The position numbers were made by a program, and so were the translations under genes. From Anthoceros angustus (lineage: Eukaryota > Plantae > Anthocerotophyta), in the NCBI GenBank assembly GCA_010909165.1, contig MU008163.1, positions 868,001 to 932,000 on the forward strand: a stretch of 64,000 nt of DNA, written 5' to 3'. Under the pieces are notes generated by a model. It was not told the origin of the DNA. It did no database searches and was given only the letters and a program-made list of their open reading frames with translations. Shown here piece by piece: positions 24,656 through 37,261 of this stretch; positions within the stretch are counted from its first letter, which is position 1; each line of letters starts with the position of its first letter.

Positions 24656-25959
24656 CCGTGAGTGTCATCTGCGAAACTAGCGTCTCGAGACGTTCACACT
24701 CAGTCACTTGCCAAACATCAGTTCGCAAGACGGTTGAAGACCACTCACAGAACCTGCAGACATGTTTGGGCTGGGATCTTTGGGTCTTTGTGCGGCGCCC
24801 AAATTATTCGCTTGTCGGAGTTTCTCAAATTCCTATCTTCTCCTACCGATCAGAAGATTGAACCAAGAGACTCGGTTGAGCCTCTCTCACCTGCCACTTT
24901 AGAGTGTGTATCCCTCTTGGGCGAAATGTTGCCTTCCGGTTTGTGTTGTTTGCGCTGTTTTGTCTCGATCTCGGACTCCTTGTAATTTTTAAATCTTTAT
25001 AAAATCTTAAAATTTCTTTAAAAAAAATGCTGGTAAGCAAATGCGACGAGCGGTTAGACCTTGTGGGTCGGATGGGACTGACAGGGATATGGCCTTTTCG
25101 AACGGCTCAATATTAGATGACATCTTATTAGACTCCCGATAGAATTTCAACTACCTCCATTGGCTATTCCACCAACACGGTGGGAGCACCCCAACGCTAT
25201 AAAATTTGTATGTGACCAAGTATGGTGAAGGTTCCGTTTTACAACACACTTGACATGTGTATGTCCTAAATAATTTAAAATAGAAAAGAAAAAAATCACA
25301 AAGGAGATTACGGTAATATGCTGATCCTTTACCAATTACACAGTGAGTGTCCTTCACATGCCATCCTGCTACCATCTATGTATCTTGCAAAATTTGGAGC
25401 TACAAGGCGTCGAGGACTTAGTGCGCTTGCTTTAGTAGTATCTAGCCTCTCACTTTTGGCATTGGGTGCAGGAGCTTAAATTTCTCTGAACATTGGAGCT
25501 CGGGATGGCTCGACGGGTGCATTGCATACCTCCATGGTTCAAGGCTCTTTATGATTTTTGCTTTGCACCTGCCCACTTTTTTTGGTTTGGTGGGTAACGC
25601 CACTCTTGGTTTGGTTGCACCCCCCTCTTGTTGTCCCCGAGCAATATTTTGATGTAACCTCTTCAATCTTTTACAAAGTCATGTGAAACTGTGAAATAAA
25701 TCATATATTTCTAAATCCTCAATTAACGAAAGTTGCTTCCTTCTAATCATCATTTTGTGACCACATCACAAATGATTGAATATACAGAAATATACATACT
25801 TGAATATATATATATACATATATACATATTTTGGACAAAAGTAAGGAAAATTCATCTTGTTTTTTTTTAAAGAACGGTAGATTAAGGAGCCCAACACTCT
25901 CTTGAAAAATGAATATCGCTAATGACAATCCATTGCTAGGTAGCTCACAACATATGCCA

Positions 25960-26019
25960 TTGGGCAAAGACGAATAAGTAGCTTATACATAAGTAAGCTA
26001 CTTATTCGTCTTTGCCCAA
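25960..26019. repeat. Perfect 26-bp-stem hairpin with 8-nt loop
   Basis: TTGGGCAAAGACGAATAAGTAGCTTA-tacataag-TAAGCTACTTATTCGTCTTTGCCCAA. Confidence 0.9.
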
Positions 26020-26652
26020 ACATACAATAGGCATTCTTCACTTTGCCATTCCTATTCCATGGTATGCGATTTAGCATAACAATTTACAAGTCTTCAAAAG
26101 CTCGTCCTACCTTGATCATTTGGAATCTTTACAAAGTAAGGAAGGTTTTCATTATAATCTAAAAGAGGATTTTCAATCATGTCATGAACCAAACTCTTTA
26201 ATACAAGTTTGTTTTGTTGGCTTTGTGAAAGAGCTCCATCCATGCACTATTTTTGTAGTATTTGGAAAATACAAAATTTATCCAGAAACAAAGTTTGAAA
26301 GGCTAAAACCTACAAGCATTATAATAAAGCTGGGGAAGTACTGGCGGTAATTGAGGTTGCGATATACATGTCATTGTGAGAAATTCAGATATATATTATA
26401 AAATAAATTAGAAATATATATTAAAAAAATTTATATACCTAATATTATCATGATAAATATTACAGCACACACATAATTCATTGATGCTAAATCAATAAGT
26501 ACTATGATAGATCAATGAAGACTTTATTAAAAAGAAGAGATAAAAAATCCATCTACCAAAGGGCCAAGAGCTAGGGATAGTCCACGAATGCCAACCCCGA
26601 AGCTACCTACCGCCCTGATTCTGTTGTGGTTCGAGATTAAAAAAAGGATTAC

Positions 26653-27750
26653 TTATAATCGGCGATGGCGCCACCTCTCTTGTGCTGATTGCGATCCTGT
26701 AAATAGCACGGATACCCACTTGTCGAAAAGAAAGCCACCATCGGAGACCCACCCGTTTCGACGAGTGTAGTAGGCTATAGTGTATTTTTGACGAGTGTAG
26801 TGTGTGTCCAAATGGCCTAGGCCAAATGGACACACATTTATAAGAACGCCGTGATTAAGCATCCTAAGCTTAGATCGGTACTTAGATGGGGTGCCTGAAG
26901 GGAGTGAAGGGAGTGGATGCCCTTGGTGCAAGTAGCTTAGGCACACCATGGTACAAGTTGTTAAGTACCAAGTCCCATGACGGAAATCCGTCCTTAGTGG
27001 ACTTAAATAAAATTCTTCTTCTTCTTCTTCTATAGCACAATCCTTAATGAGCCGGCCCCTAGGTACTGCGCGGGTAAGATAGTGAGCCAGCAAGGAACGG
27101 TTTTGAGTGGTCAGAATGAAGCGTTCGTAACGTCCGTCTCTTACAGGCCCGTGGTGCCAAGGATCTCAGTAGGCGCCAGAGATTCAAAATCGTGCCAATT
27201 TTAACGGTGGGTCTCCGCTACATATATCGGTCATCGTAATCTTGTGCTAAGGCACTCAGCAATGGACAGGGCTGTGCCCCTTTGCTCGCTGCGCAGCTTC
27301 TAAGCTCCTGAGTCCCGGATCCACCAGCATTCTAGCTGGACGGCCTTCTGCGCATTCGCGTCGCATGTCTTGTGACTTACTGTAGACTGGATCGTTGATG
27401 GTCAGTTGTGTCCAGGATTCCATCCGCTTGTGTGTATGCAGGGCAGGGCTTGGTGTATGTGAAAGCGGAGCCTCATCACGGTAACAATCACCCTCCCGGT
27501 CACCTGCAGTAACAACATAGCAAACAGTGATTGAGTCTTTATAGCCTGGCAGATCAACATGAGTTCTTTCCAGCATACTAGGACGGTCATCCACCAGCAG
27601 TTTGTCATTCCATGCGTGGTATACGGCGCTTCTTGTGACACACGTCGTGGCGGGGCCCCGCAACTACCAAGCCGGCCCCGCCTTGCCGACTTGTGTCCTG
27701 CCGTTTTCCGAGTGCCACATCCTGGAGCAGAAGAGACGAATCACCTGACA
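26653..27750 (-). pseudogene. Degenerate coding remnant, possible 2OG-Fe(II) dioxygenase
   Basis: ORFs 27256-27663 and 26653-27093 share one frame, separated by in-frame stops. The frame reads RTHVDLPGYKDSITVCYVV (HxD at 27553-27561) and DPWHHGPVRDGRYERFIL (27120-27165). Confidence 0.35.
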
Positions 27751-28461
27751 ATGTCGGCCTCATGAAACATAGCCGGCTGTCCAGAGTGTAGGATCCTCAA
27801 GACGGCCTCATTTGGATGACTTCGTACAAGATAAAGGCCATGGAACTGTGAAACTGCCAAACGGCAAGATCACAAGTGGTGCCGGTGCGCCACGGGTGGG
27901 TACTGCAAAGAGCCTGCCATGTCCGAAGAAACGTGCGTTTTGTATATTTATGTGCCCGAATTGGGCATATTCCATGATCATCTTATCCAATATCGAACCT
28001 GCAGATGAGCCCCAGAAACCTCCTCCAATTTGCGACAGTCTGAGGGCGGGGGTGCTTCCCCCTCTGGCCAGTTCCGGCACTTCAGCACTAGAAGATTTAA
28101 CTGGCTAATCAACCACCTCCATCGATACTTCCACCTTTAAATGAACAGCTTAGCACCCATACTAAAGAATACATGCCCATAGCCAGACGCCCAGGAGGCG
28201 GCTAGTGCTTCGTTTTGGTATCACATCTCCCATGTACAGTACTAGTGACGAGGCGGACAGCCCAGTGCATTCTTCATCCAGGTGTTGCATTGTGATCTGA
28301 AGGAACAAGATGCGGCCTGACGGCGTTGGCAACCTTGATTTGACCGCTGGGACTCCACTCCGCTGGGGCTCCGCATGTAAGGGCCATGCTTACTCCTGCC
28401 CTCACATCACATGATCACTGCACATTTCCACAGGTTTGCAGAGTTCAGGATATACATCATC

Positions 28462-30759
28462 ATGGCTTACCAGCACAGGGTGCTCTGCCTGATGTTGGTT
28501 GCTTGCATCAGTGCCGTGCTCAAAGTGGCAGGGGCTCCTGACAGCGACAGAATTGTTTCACTACCGGGGCAGCCTGCAGTTCCCTTTGCACTCTACTCTG
28601 GGTTTGTGACTGTTGATGAGGACCACGGCAGAGCTCTTTTCTACTTCTTTGTGGAAGCAGCTAGCAATGCAAGTACCAAGCCACTCGTCCTCTGGCTAAA
28701 TGGAGGTATGAGCATTGCTGCCCAGGCAAATGGAATCCCAGTGCCATTCATGTAGCAGTTGGTCAATGGACTACCTGTAGAACGTGCAAGGTTGCTGAAT
28801 AATTTCCAAACGAGTGTGCAGGTCCCGGATGTTCGTCCTTGGGAGGTGGTGCCTTCACCGAATTGGGCCCCTTTTTCCCTAACCCCGACGGCACGCCGAG
28901 CCTTATTGCCAACCCTCGTTCCTGGAATCAAGGTACAACACTCCTGCGATCAGACCAAATGCCAGATGTGTTGATGCAGAGCCTGGACATTCTGAATGGC
29001 GAACTTTCATGATCACTTAACGTCACATTTCTTGCAGAGGCAAACATCCTCTTCCTGGAGAGTCCTGCTGGAGTAGGATTCTCCTATTCCAACACTTCCT
29101 CGGATCTGTCCTGGGATGATAGCAAAGTCGGTAAGCTCTCCTGGATGCTGCATATATCTCACATCCTGCAATAGTCCCTTGTCATGCGAGACATCTCTCC
29201 CTTCTGCCAGCTGATATCCTGAAAAATGATGCCATTGGACATATCAGCCGACGATTCCCTGCTGTTTCTGCTCTTTTGGCTCGAGAAGTTCCCAGAATAC
29301 CAGGGCAGGGATTTCTACATCACTGGAGAAAGCTACGCAGGTAACCCATCTCCATTCTGCATTTGGATTCAGTCCCAGCTCATTGTCGACGTCACCTCAG
29401 CACGTTCACACTGACCAACCCAACAAGAGAACAACAGGACACTACATCCCAGACTTGGCATTTCGAATCATCACGTTCAGCAAAGACACATACTACAACT
29501 TCAACTTGAAGGGCGTTCTCGTGAGTCCTATAATCCCTGCAAACTATGTCCACAGCTCACGGCACTCTCAAGAACTCCCACCGGCACCCGATTTGTGCAA
29601 CACTGGTGGTAAACCTGTAGCTGACATGCACATTTTCATTTCTTGCTGCGCAGATTGGAAATCCTCTTTTGTCTCTTCGGGTGGACACAGCGGCCAGTTA
29701 CGACTATAGTTTTTCCCACGGCCTAATCTCCGAGCAGACGCACATATCCATTAAACAGTTCTGCAGGTTCGAGAACTTGGACTACAGATCAGATACCCTG
29801 AACCTCAGCATCCCCTGTATCAACGCGCTGATTGAAGCCGACAAAGAATTCGCAAACGACTACGTCAATGCCTACGATGTGATTGTGGATATCTGCCTTC
29901 CCGAAGCCGCGCAGCAGGAACGCACGTTCAAGAAGATCCGCTCTGTAAGAACGCTGTATCACACTGATCAATTCCTAGCTTCAGTCGCGGATGATGTTTC
30001 CCTTTCCCTAGCTGACACATATCCTGATGGACAGGGGGCGTTCCACAAGCGCCAAATCAGCTTGGGAACAGACGTCTGCATTCTGAACGAGGTGTCCCAA
30101 TACCTGAACCTGCGGCAAGTACAGGAGGCTCTTCATGTTCCCGGGCCAGTGAACTGGACTATCTGCAGCGACGTGATCAGCTACAATCTCATCGACGTGA
30201 AACGCGACATCATCCCCGAACTCGTGGAGATCATTAAGGCCGAGATCCCTGTCGTGCTTTACAGGTAACCTACTGGGTGGATGCTTCAATTCCCTCATCT
30301 CTATGTGGTACCCAACAAGATCAGTCTCTGACCCCGTCGGGCATGCCCCAACAGCGGAGACCAAGACACCGTTGTCCCTCTTCTCGGAACAAGGCACCTC
30401 AGCATCAAGCTAGCCAAAGAGTTGAATCTGACGGCTTCACCATACGCCGCCTGGTTTGTGGACGAGCAGGTAAGGATGGCCATGGCTGACGCAGATGTCT
30501 CTCCCTTCCAAATTGGCTCTGCAGGATGGATGGTATGTCCTTCAGCACCTGGAATGAAAGCTGACAAAGCTGATGGATAACCGGCATGCAGGTGGCTGGA
30601 TGGACGCAGAGTTTCGGACCCACAAAGAACGTTACCCTGACATTTGCAACCGTGAGGGGAGCAGCTCACATGGTCCCGCTCACCCAACCGGCTCGAGCGC
30701 TGCAGCTGTTTGTGTCTTTCCTGGCCCACGCGCCTCTGCCGACCACGCCTCCATTTTAG
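28462..30759 (+). CDS. SCPL: Serine carboxypeptidase-like protein (clade II-like), copy 2 (tandem paralog)
   Basis: Same exon structure and triad motifs as 22355-24655 (GPGCSS, GESYAG, SGDQD, GAAHMVP). The upstream ~500 bp is also homologous to ~21880-22350. Confidence 0.95.
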
Positions 30760-31267
30760 CCGTGAATTTCACGGTCCCGTGACCTGCAAAACCAGCGTCG
30801 CGAGACGTTCACACTCGTTTCAGTCACCTACCATTTCAAGAGGCCCAAACTGGCAAGCAAACGTTTTTATTTGAGTCAAAAAACTAGCAAGCAAATGTGG
30901 CGAACCATTCGCATGAGTTGCTCTAAGATTTTTAACCACCCACCAATTGGTAAGAATAGGTGTTTACCACCTTTTAATTTGGCGGAGCCAGCGAGGTTTT
31001 AACTTTCTTGCTTCCCGCCAGCGCGGGTTCAAAGCAAGCCTGGTGTTGCACTCGCTTGTATTGCCCAAGCTCGGCGCTTCTGTGTTCTTGTTCGCCCGCT
31101 GCTGCCTCCAAAAAACCTCTGCGGAAGTGCGCTCTTCGACACTGTCCTCCAGAATTGCATGTAATGCTCCCTGTGTCAAAAATTCCTTCCGTAGTTTGTG
31201 CATTGATCAACGATCATTCTGCAACTCTGCAGTTGTTTTTCTTGTGACTGCGTAAGAGAAAGCTATC

Positions 31268-31645
31268 TTTGTTCATCTAGCTGTCTGATCTTCTGCTCAA
31301 ACTGTGGTTATTGATCAGTTCGATGCTCTGTTGATTTTCTGCCGGCGTGCTAAGAAGGCATCATTCTTGTTGCACATTGCGTCTATTTATGCTGTCCGAG
31401 TCCTTCGTGTCGACAAATCCCAATGGTCTATGATTGCAAATGCTCTCACTTTTATCTTTTTTCATCTAGCTGTCTGATCTGTCCGCTCGTGACTGTGGTT
31501 ATTGATCAGTTCGATGCTCTGTTGATTTTCTGCCGGCGTGCTAAGAAGGCATCATTCTTGCTACACAATGGGTCTATTTATGCTGTCCACGTCCTTCGTG
31601 TCGACATATCCCAATGGTCTATGATTGCAAATGCTCTCACTTTTT
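31268..31645. repeat. ~188-bp tandem duplication
   Basis: TTCATCTAGCTGTCTGATC...GCAAATGCTCTCACTTTT occurs twice in tandem with scattered differences. Confidence 0.85.
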
Positions 31646-31906
31646 AAAGTAGCGTTCGCTCGGAAAAGTCTCTCTACAGTGAAAGGTGCAATGTAGTATT
31701 CTTGTTCTCTTGATTTGAACAATATGTAGCATTCTGACAGTGATCGACTCTTCTGCTGCCAAGACGCCATTCTTACTCCTCGAATGGAAACATCAAGAAG
31801 ATTTTGCTTTATCTTGACGCATACATCCTTTGCGCTTCACTCAAATTGGCATCCAATTCTGGTCCTGACAGAATTTTGGTTTCTCTTATCAGCGGGCATT
31901 GCAACT

Positions 31907-32617
31907 ATGGCTCTCACAGCGCAAGCATTTGCTCTCGAGAGAAGAGGTAGTGCGCAAGCTGCCGCAGGTCTACTCATCGTAGTGACCTGCATTCTTTGCA
32001 CACTTCGGGGAGCCGTGGCCGCCGGAGTCACTCACGTAGTAGGCGACAACAAGGGATGGAACATCAACGTGAATTACTCGGATTGGACCCGAACAAAAAC
32101 TTTCCAAGCAGGAGACACCCTGGGTAAGCCCGTAACTTGCTTTCAGAAGCTGCACGCAAGCTTTTTCACTTGAAATCATGTCATGGATGCCATGCCCTAG
32201 TGTGATCTTGTGTCTTGAAGGTTGTGCTGTCTCTCACGTCATTAATTACCCCGTTCTCTGGATGCGTGCGCAGTCTTCAACTACGTCAAGACGCTCCATA
32301 CCGTGTCGCAAGTTGATGAAGCCGATTTCGAGTCCTGCAGCGTCAAGCACGTCGTCAACACATGGTTCGACGGGGCCACAACCATCAACCTGCCCTACAC
32401 AGGTCGCTTCTACTACTTGTGTGGCGTCCCTGGCCACTGCAATGCTGGCCAGAAGGTGGCCATCCGAGTGGTGACATCAGTGGCTTCCCGATCTCCGATA
32501 TCCCCAACCTCAGGCCCTGCGTCCGCGGTGGAGGCGAGTTCGTCCCCCATGACTCCCTTCCAAAGCATCGTGTCACTGTTTCTTGTTCTTGGTGCAATGC
32601 TCTTCGGCTTCTGGTAG
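31907..32617 (+). CDS. Phytocyanin, stellacyanin type (H,C,H,Q), GPI-anchor-like tail; 2 exons (31907-32123, 32274-32617)
   Basis: Signal peptide; HVVGDNKGW; FNY..LHTV; YYLCGVPGHCNAGQKV; Ser/Pro linker and hydrophobic C-terminus. Confidence 0.92.
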
Positions 32618-33189
32618 CGCTGTCCAGAACCACATCTCGCGGCTCCAGGGAGTCCAGGCAACGTGAAACTCTCCCTCAGGACATCTGGTGACGTCGATTT
32701 CTGGTTGAAAGACAATCATTCTTCCTACATGCGCTGGTGTCGAGGTACCTTGTCGTGTCCTGCTGGCTAATGTGCTGTAACTTAAATGATTCAAGCCCCA
32801 GGGACCACAATCTTGGTCATGATGGAGTCCCTGTGAAGTTGTAGGTAAGTTACTCAGCAAAACCTAGCCATGTAAGAAGGCTTAGGTCAGTACTCTCTTT
32901 GTGACTCGATTGAAGTGAGCACTTTCTTTCTCTGGTGGCAGTAGACGCACTCTCAATTAGGTGAGCACTCCCTCACAAAATTCGTTCCAGAACACATAAG
33001 ATTGAACATCCCTTCTCTTTATTACTCATGTAACCCCACAGGCCTTAGGTTACAAGTTGCTGCATTTTGTGTTCGCCTCAGAAGAGTGTCCTGAATGCAA
33101 AATAAGGGCAGACGACACAGAACCCTCGATTGATGACCTACAGAAGAATGAATATCATTCTGTGCTACCAACTGTGGGAGACTGTGAGC

Positions 33190-33814
33190 TTAAAGCACCA
33201 TGCTTCCAAGCACGGCCATGGTTGCAGCAACGGCAGCGACAGAGTAGAAGAAGCTGGCGGAGACAGAGAGAGCAGCTGACTTCTGAGCGTCCAGAACCGT
33301 GATCTTGAATTTCATGCCGCTCGCGCAGTGCTGGCCAACGGAGCAAAAGAACCAGTAGTTGCCTGCTTTGTCCAAGCTGAAAGTCGTGTTCCCTGCTCCC
33401 TTATCGGAGAAGAGGGGGCTGGTTGAGTTGCAAGCTCTGAAATCTTCTCCCGACACTGACCACACGGTGTGGGCTGGCGGGGATGCAGCAGGATAGGCGA
33501 AAACTGCACAGAACGAAAGCCAATTCATGTGAGGCATCGAAAACATAGCCAATCAAGACAGTCTGGAAAGCCGATGATGGAGGCTCCTGTTGGTGAGGCT
33601 GCTTACAGAGCTTGTCGCCTGCGTAGTAAGTTTGGTTTTCGGCCCACACGGTGTAGTTGAACCCGCCGGGAATGGTTGCAGGCACTCTCCACCCATTACT
33701 GTCACCCACATTGTGCGTCGTCGAGCTTGCGGCGCTCACGGACTGGACTGCCACAAATGCGCAAATCGCAAGCATTGCTGCGAGGGCCATAGCACTGCAT
33801 CTTCCCTGGGCCAT
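33190..33814 (-). CDS. Phytocyanin, uclacyanin/plantacyanin type (H,C,H,M); 2 exons
   Basis: HNVGDSNGW...GDKL | FAY..AHTV...WFFCSVGQHCASGMKF; hydrophobic C-terminus. Confidence 0.92.
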
Positions 33815-34526
33815 TGCTTGCAATCGGGCGTTGAGAAATCGAAATGCTTTCAAGAGATGTAGAAGCCCAGGGGATCTGAAATGCTGGAGATATTTGCTGT
33901 AAACTCTGCTTTGCTCTGAGAACGGTGAGGCAAGGAGAGCATGAAGGTTAGGTGCAGCGTCGTCCCCTTATACGGATGTAAAAAGGCCGGCCATGCCGGC
34001 TCTGCCTCGAAGAAAGTATCGGTAGATACTAGCTATGAAGCCCCGTCGGCCGGTCGCTGCCAAATGCCGACGCTTGTCAGCCCCTGAATGGCTCCTGAAT
34101 TTTGTACTGTGGACGTGAATGCAAAGGAGGACGGTCTCCGAATATTCACTGACATTCCAAGCTTTTGTACTTACATACATGTTCTTTTATTATTCTGTCT
34201 CTCGTTTGTCCTTCTGACCTAACTAGGCAACTTGTCCTGTCCGAAGAAAGTTGAAATAGCTGAGATAGCATAGCTTGAGATTGGTATACCTTGATAGATT
34301 TGGGTTCAAGGTTCAACTTGTCTAACAGTCTCACAAATCTCACGTTGAGTACAAGACAATTCAGATTGCAATGGACCGCGATGTCTTGACACTGATCTGA
34401 ATCCAGGTGAGATGGATGCTATGTATAAGCTTCCTTATATTTATATAAAATAATAGTTTATATATTCCTTAAATTTTTAGACATATTCATTTGTAACTTG
34501 TGATAAATCAGGGGTAACAAATGAAC

Positions 34527-34607
34527 AAAGTGCTGCATTCTCGTCACAAGTTGTGACGAGAAGGCAGCACTTTTGTAGTGGTGACGAGAAGGCAGCACTT
34601 TTGTAGT
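34527..34607. repeat. 23-bp-arm palindrome (1 mismatch, 1-nt loop) whose right arm is tandemly duplicated
   Basis: AAAGTGCTGCATTCTCGTCACAA-G-TTGTGACGAGAAGGCAGCACTTT, then GTGACGAGAAGGCAGCACTTTTGTAGT repeated. Confidence 0.85.
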
Positions 34608-34861
34608 CTTGTTTTTTCTCATTGGAAACGGAAGAGATAGTAAGTACTCTAGGATGTGAAGTTTGAATAATAGGAAACCGTCTATGAATTGGAGGATGCG
34701 GCAGTTTACAGGAACTGAGGCCGGCGGACAACAGGGTGTTGTCCCAGCAGCTCAGAGCCCATCATCTGATATAGCTAAATGAATGAATTGTTACTAATGC
34801 TTGAACTATCTGTTGTTTATTATGCTGAACAGCCCGGAAAGGGGTCCAACAGAAGGGTTGT

Positions 34862-35539
34862 TCAAAGGAGAACATGTGCAACCAAGGCGAATGCAGCTGC
34901 AACTGCAGCCACAGCAGGGATGCCGAGGCTGGAGGAACCGCTGACCGGAGCAGGCGCTGGTGCGTGCTCAACAGTAGGGAGAGCTGTGAAGTGGAACTTC
35001 ATGCCCGATTTGCACCGGTCTTCCACAGAGCACACGAAGTAGTAGTCGCCTGGCTCCTTGATGGAGTAGTTGAAGGTCCCGGCGCCCAGGTCGTTGAAGA
35101 TGGGGTTGGTGTAGACGCAGTCGGCGTAGTTGGCAGCAGTCACCTGAAGAACGTCCTGCGTTTTGGGCTCGTACACAAAGGCTGCTCACGCCAACATTCC
35201 AACACATGGTAAATTCACTGCCAGCCATGGTTCATGAATGAACCCATTCACGAGCTTGCAATTTCTTCCCAGCCTGGTCACAAACATCCATCACCCAACA
35301 ATACCAACAGACTGTAAACAAGTGGGAAATGACGTACTGAGCTTGTCGCTCTTCTTGATGGCATTCTTTGCTGCCCACGCCGTGTAGTTGTAGCCTCCAG
35401 GGATGGAAGCGGGAGAGGTCCAGCCATGGTCGTCCCCGACCTTCCAGGTCACGTGCACCACCCCATTGTGGGCACTCACGGTCAGGGACCCGATGCTCAT
35501 AGCAACGCACACAGCCACGACCAACATGGGTAGAGCCAT
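34862..35539 (-). CDS. Early nodulin-like phytocyanin (lacks both Cu-binding His); 2 exons
   Basis: WKVGDDHGW...SDKL | FVYEPKTQDVLQV...YYFVCSVEDRCKSGMKF; APAPAP linker; hydrophobic tail. Confidence 0.9.
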
Positions 35540-37261
35540 TGCCGATGTGCCTCAAGCTTAGGCTTGCTTGCTTGCTGTGGGCGCGGTGCATCTGGGAGCT
35601 GCGAGTTCGGATTTAAATGCTGGAAGACGATCATGGCCGGTGCAGTCAGCCGCTGTAGGCTGGCAGCTGGGCTAGCCCCGCTCGAGGCCCAGGAGGCAGA
35701 AGACCGTGCCAATTTGAGCCACTCTCGTACTGGGATTTGTACTGCACGGGAGAAGAAGTCTCTGCCAATTTTAGGCTCCCGACCTGAGATACAGCGCTTC
35801 ACTTGCCGCAAGGAGCGGGGAACGGATGTGAAAGTGAAAGTCAGCTGGTGATGTATGCCATGTCAGATGTGGAGGGGGCAGGATCCTCTACTACCCAGGT
35901 CCGGAATCTGTGCTTGCGGTTGTACTCGTACAGATCCTATTCTGAGGGGGTGATCTGGGGCCGGCTGTACTGGCTGGGCTGTACCGCGGGACCCCGGCTA
36001 GGTCTGAGGTGAGCACTCTGGACTCCGAGGCTCACGTGGGTTTGATTTTGTCTACCCGGGTTTCTGTTGAGTGACCCGCTGCCTGGTTAAGTCGTTGGGC
36101 AGGTTGAGACTACTGTATGTAGATGGTGCTTGCTGGGAGTGGAGATGAGGACTTGCAATGCAAGGCCTTCTCACGGCAGGTTGCAAGAAGCGACGGATGG
36201 GTATGTGTGTTTGCCGTGGTTGCCCAGCCAAATGCCTTCATGTGGTTTGCTGTTCTATGATTTCTGCCCATGGTTAGCACGGACAAGCTAAGCACCTGGC
36301 TGTTGATATCTCCAGATGGGCATGTCTTCTTAGCAGCCCTGGGGTGCAGGATTACACGTGGTAGGGTAGACTTGCAAAACCGGGGAGCCGGTAGCAGGTG
36401 CATGCTCGTGTGTTGCAATAGGCGGAAAGTATCACTGCAACCAATTCTGAAGACACTTGTGTATCCGGGACTTCTCTATGCTTACAAAACGGCAAAGGTA
36501 CTGTACTGTTGCATATCATCTTCTCGTTATGCACTCACATCTTTGCACCTTCGGGATGCTCAGCCAAAAGGTGCACACTGCATGAGCAGCTCGCCCTGTG
36601 GGTGTCACTTTCGACAATCGCCTCTTGTGTAGGTTAGGCTCTAGATTTGCTCCAGGGATCAATGCGGATTCGGTTCAATGGATAGTGTTTCCTTGCTGAT
36701 GTTTGGAAGTCGAGAGTGGGCCTCTTCTCTGCAAAGGACAAATTCTACACATCAATCGAGGTAGGAGCTTGTGCTACTAATACATCACAAGGTTCTGGCG
36801 GTGGTCGGGAGAGGCTACAGGCGGCTCCCTGGCAATATTGGAGAAGGGGAAGGAGTTTCGTGCAAACATACTTGAGGGCCGCAAACAATCTTCTTGTGAC
36901 CTAGTTGTCGAAAGACCATAGGAAATAGGCTTACACCTACACACTTGACACTCCTAGGCGCCTACATCCACCCTGATATTTTTGCTTAGGAGATGATCCG
37001 CCCCTGGGGCCTCGGCGCCGAAGATAAAACTCCCAACGCTGTCGAAGCAAGAACAGCTGTCAGTAGACACGCTGGCCCGGGAAGAAGGAAGAAGGAAAAT
37101 AAATATCGTTATTCAATTAAACCCCGGCCAATGCCGAGGACACGGCACACAAGACTAGGTCGGTGCCAAAAAATGGGGCCGTTCTCAAAAAATGAACCAA
37201 GTGTCCTTCCTCCTACCACTGTACATGACATCACAGGCCCCGGTACAGGGTACCCCACGGT

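Noticed and set aside
30947-31255. Possible transposase fragment on the minus strand
   Set aside because: Protein-like text but no motif I can assign with confidence.
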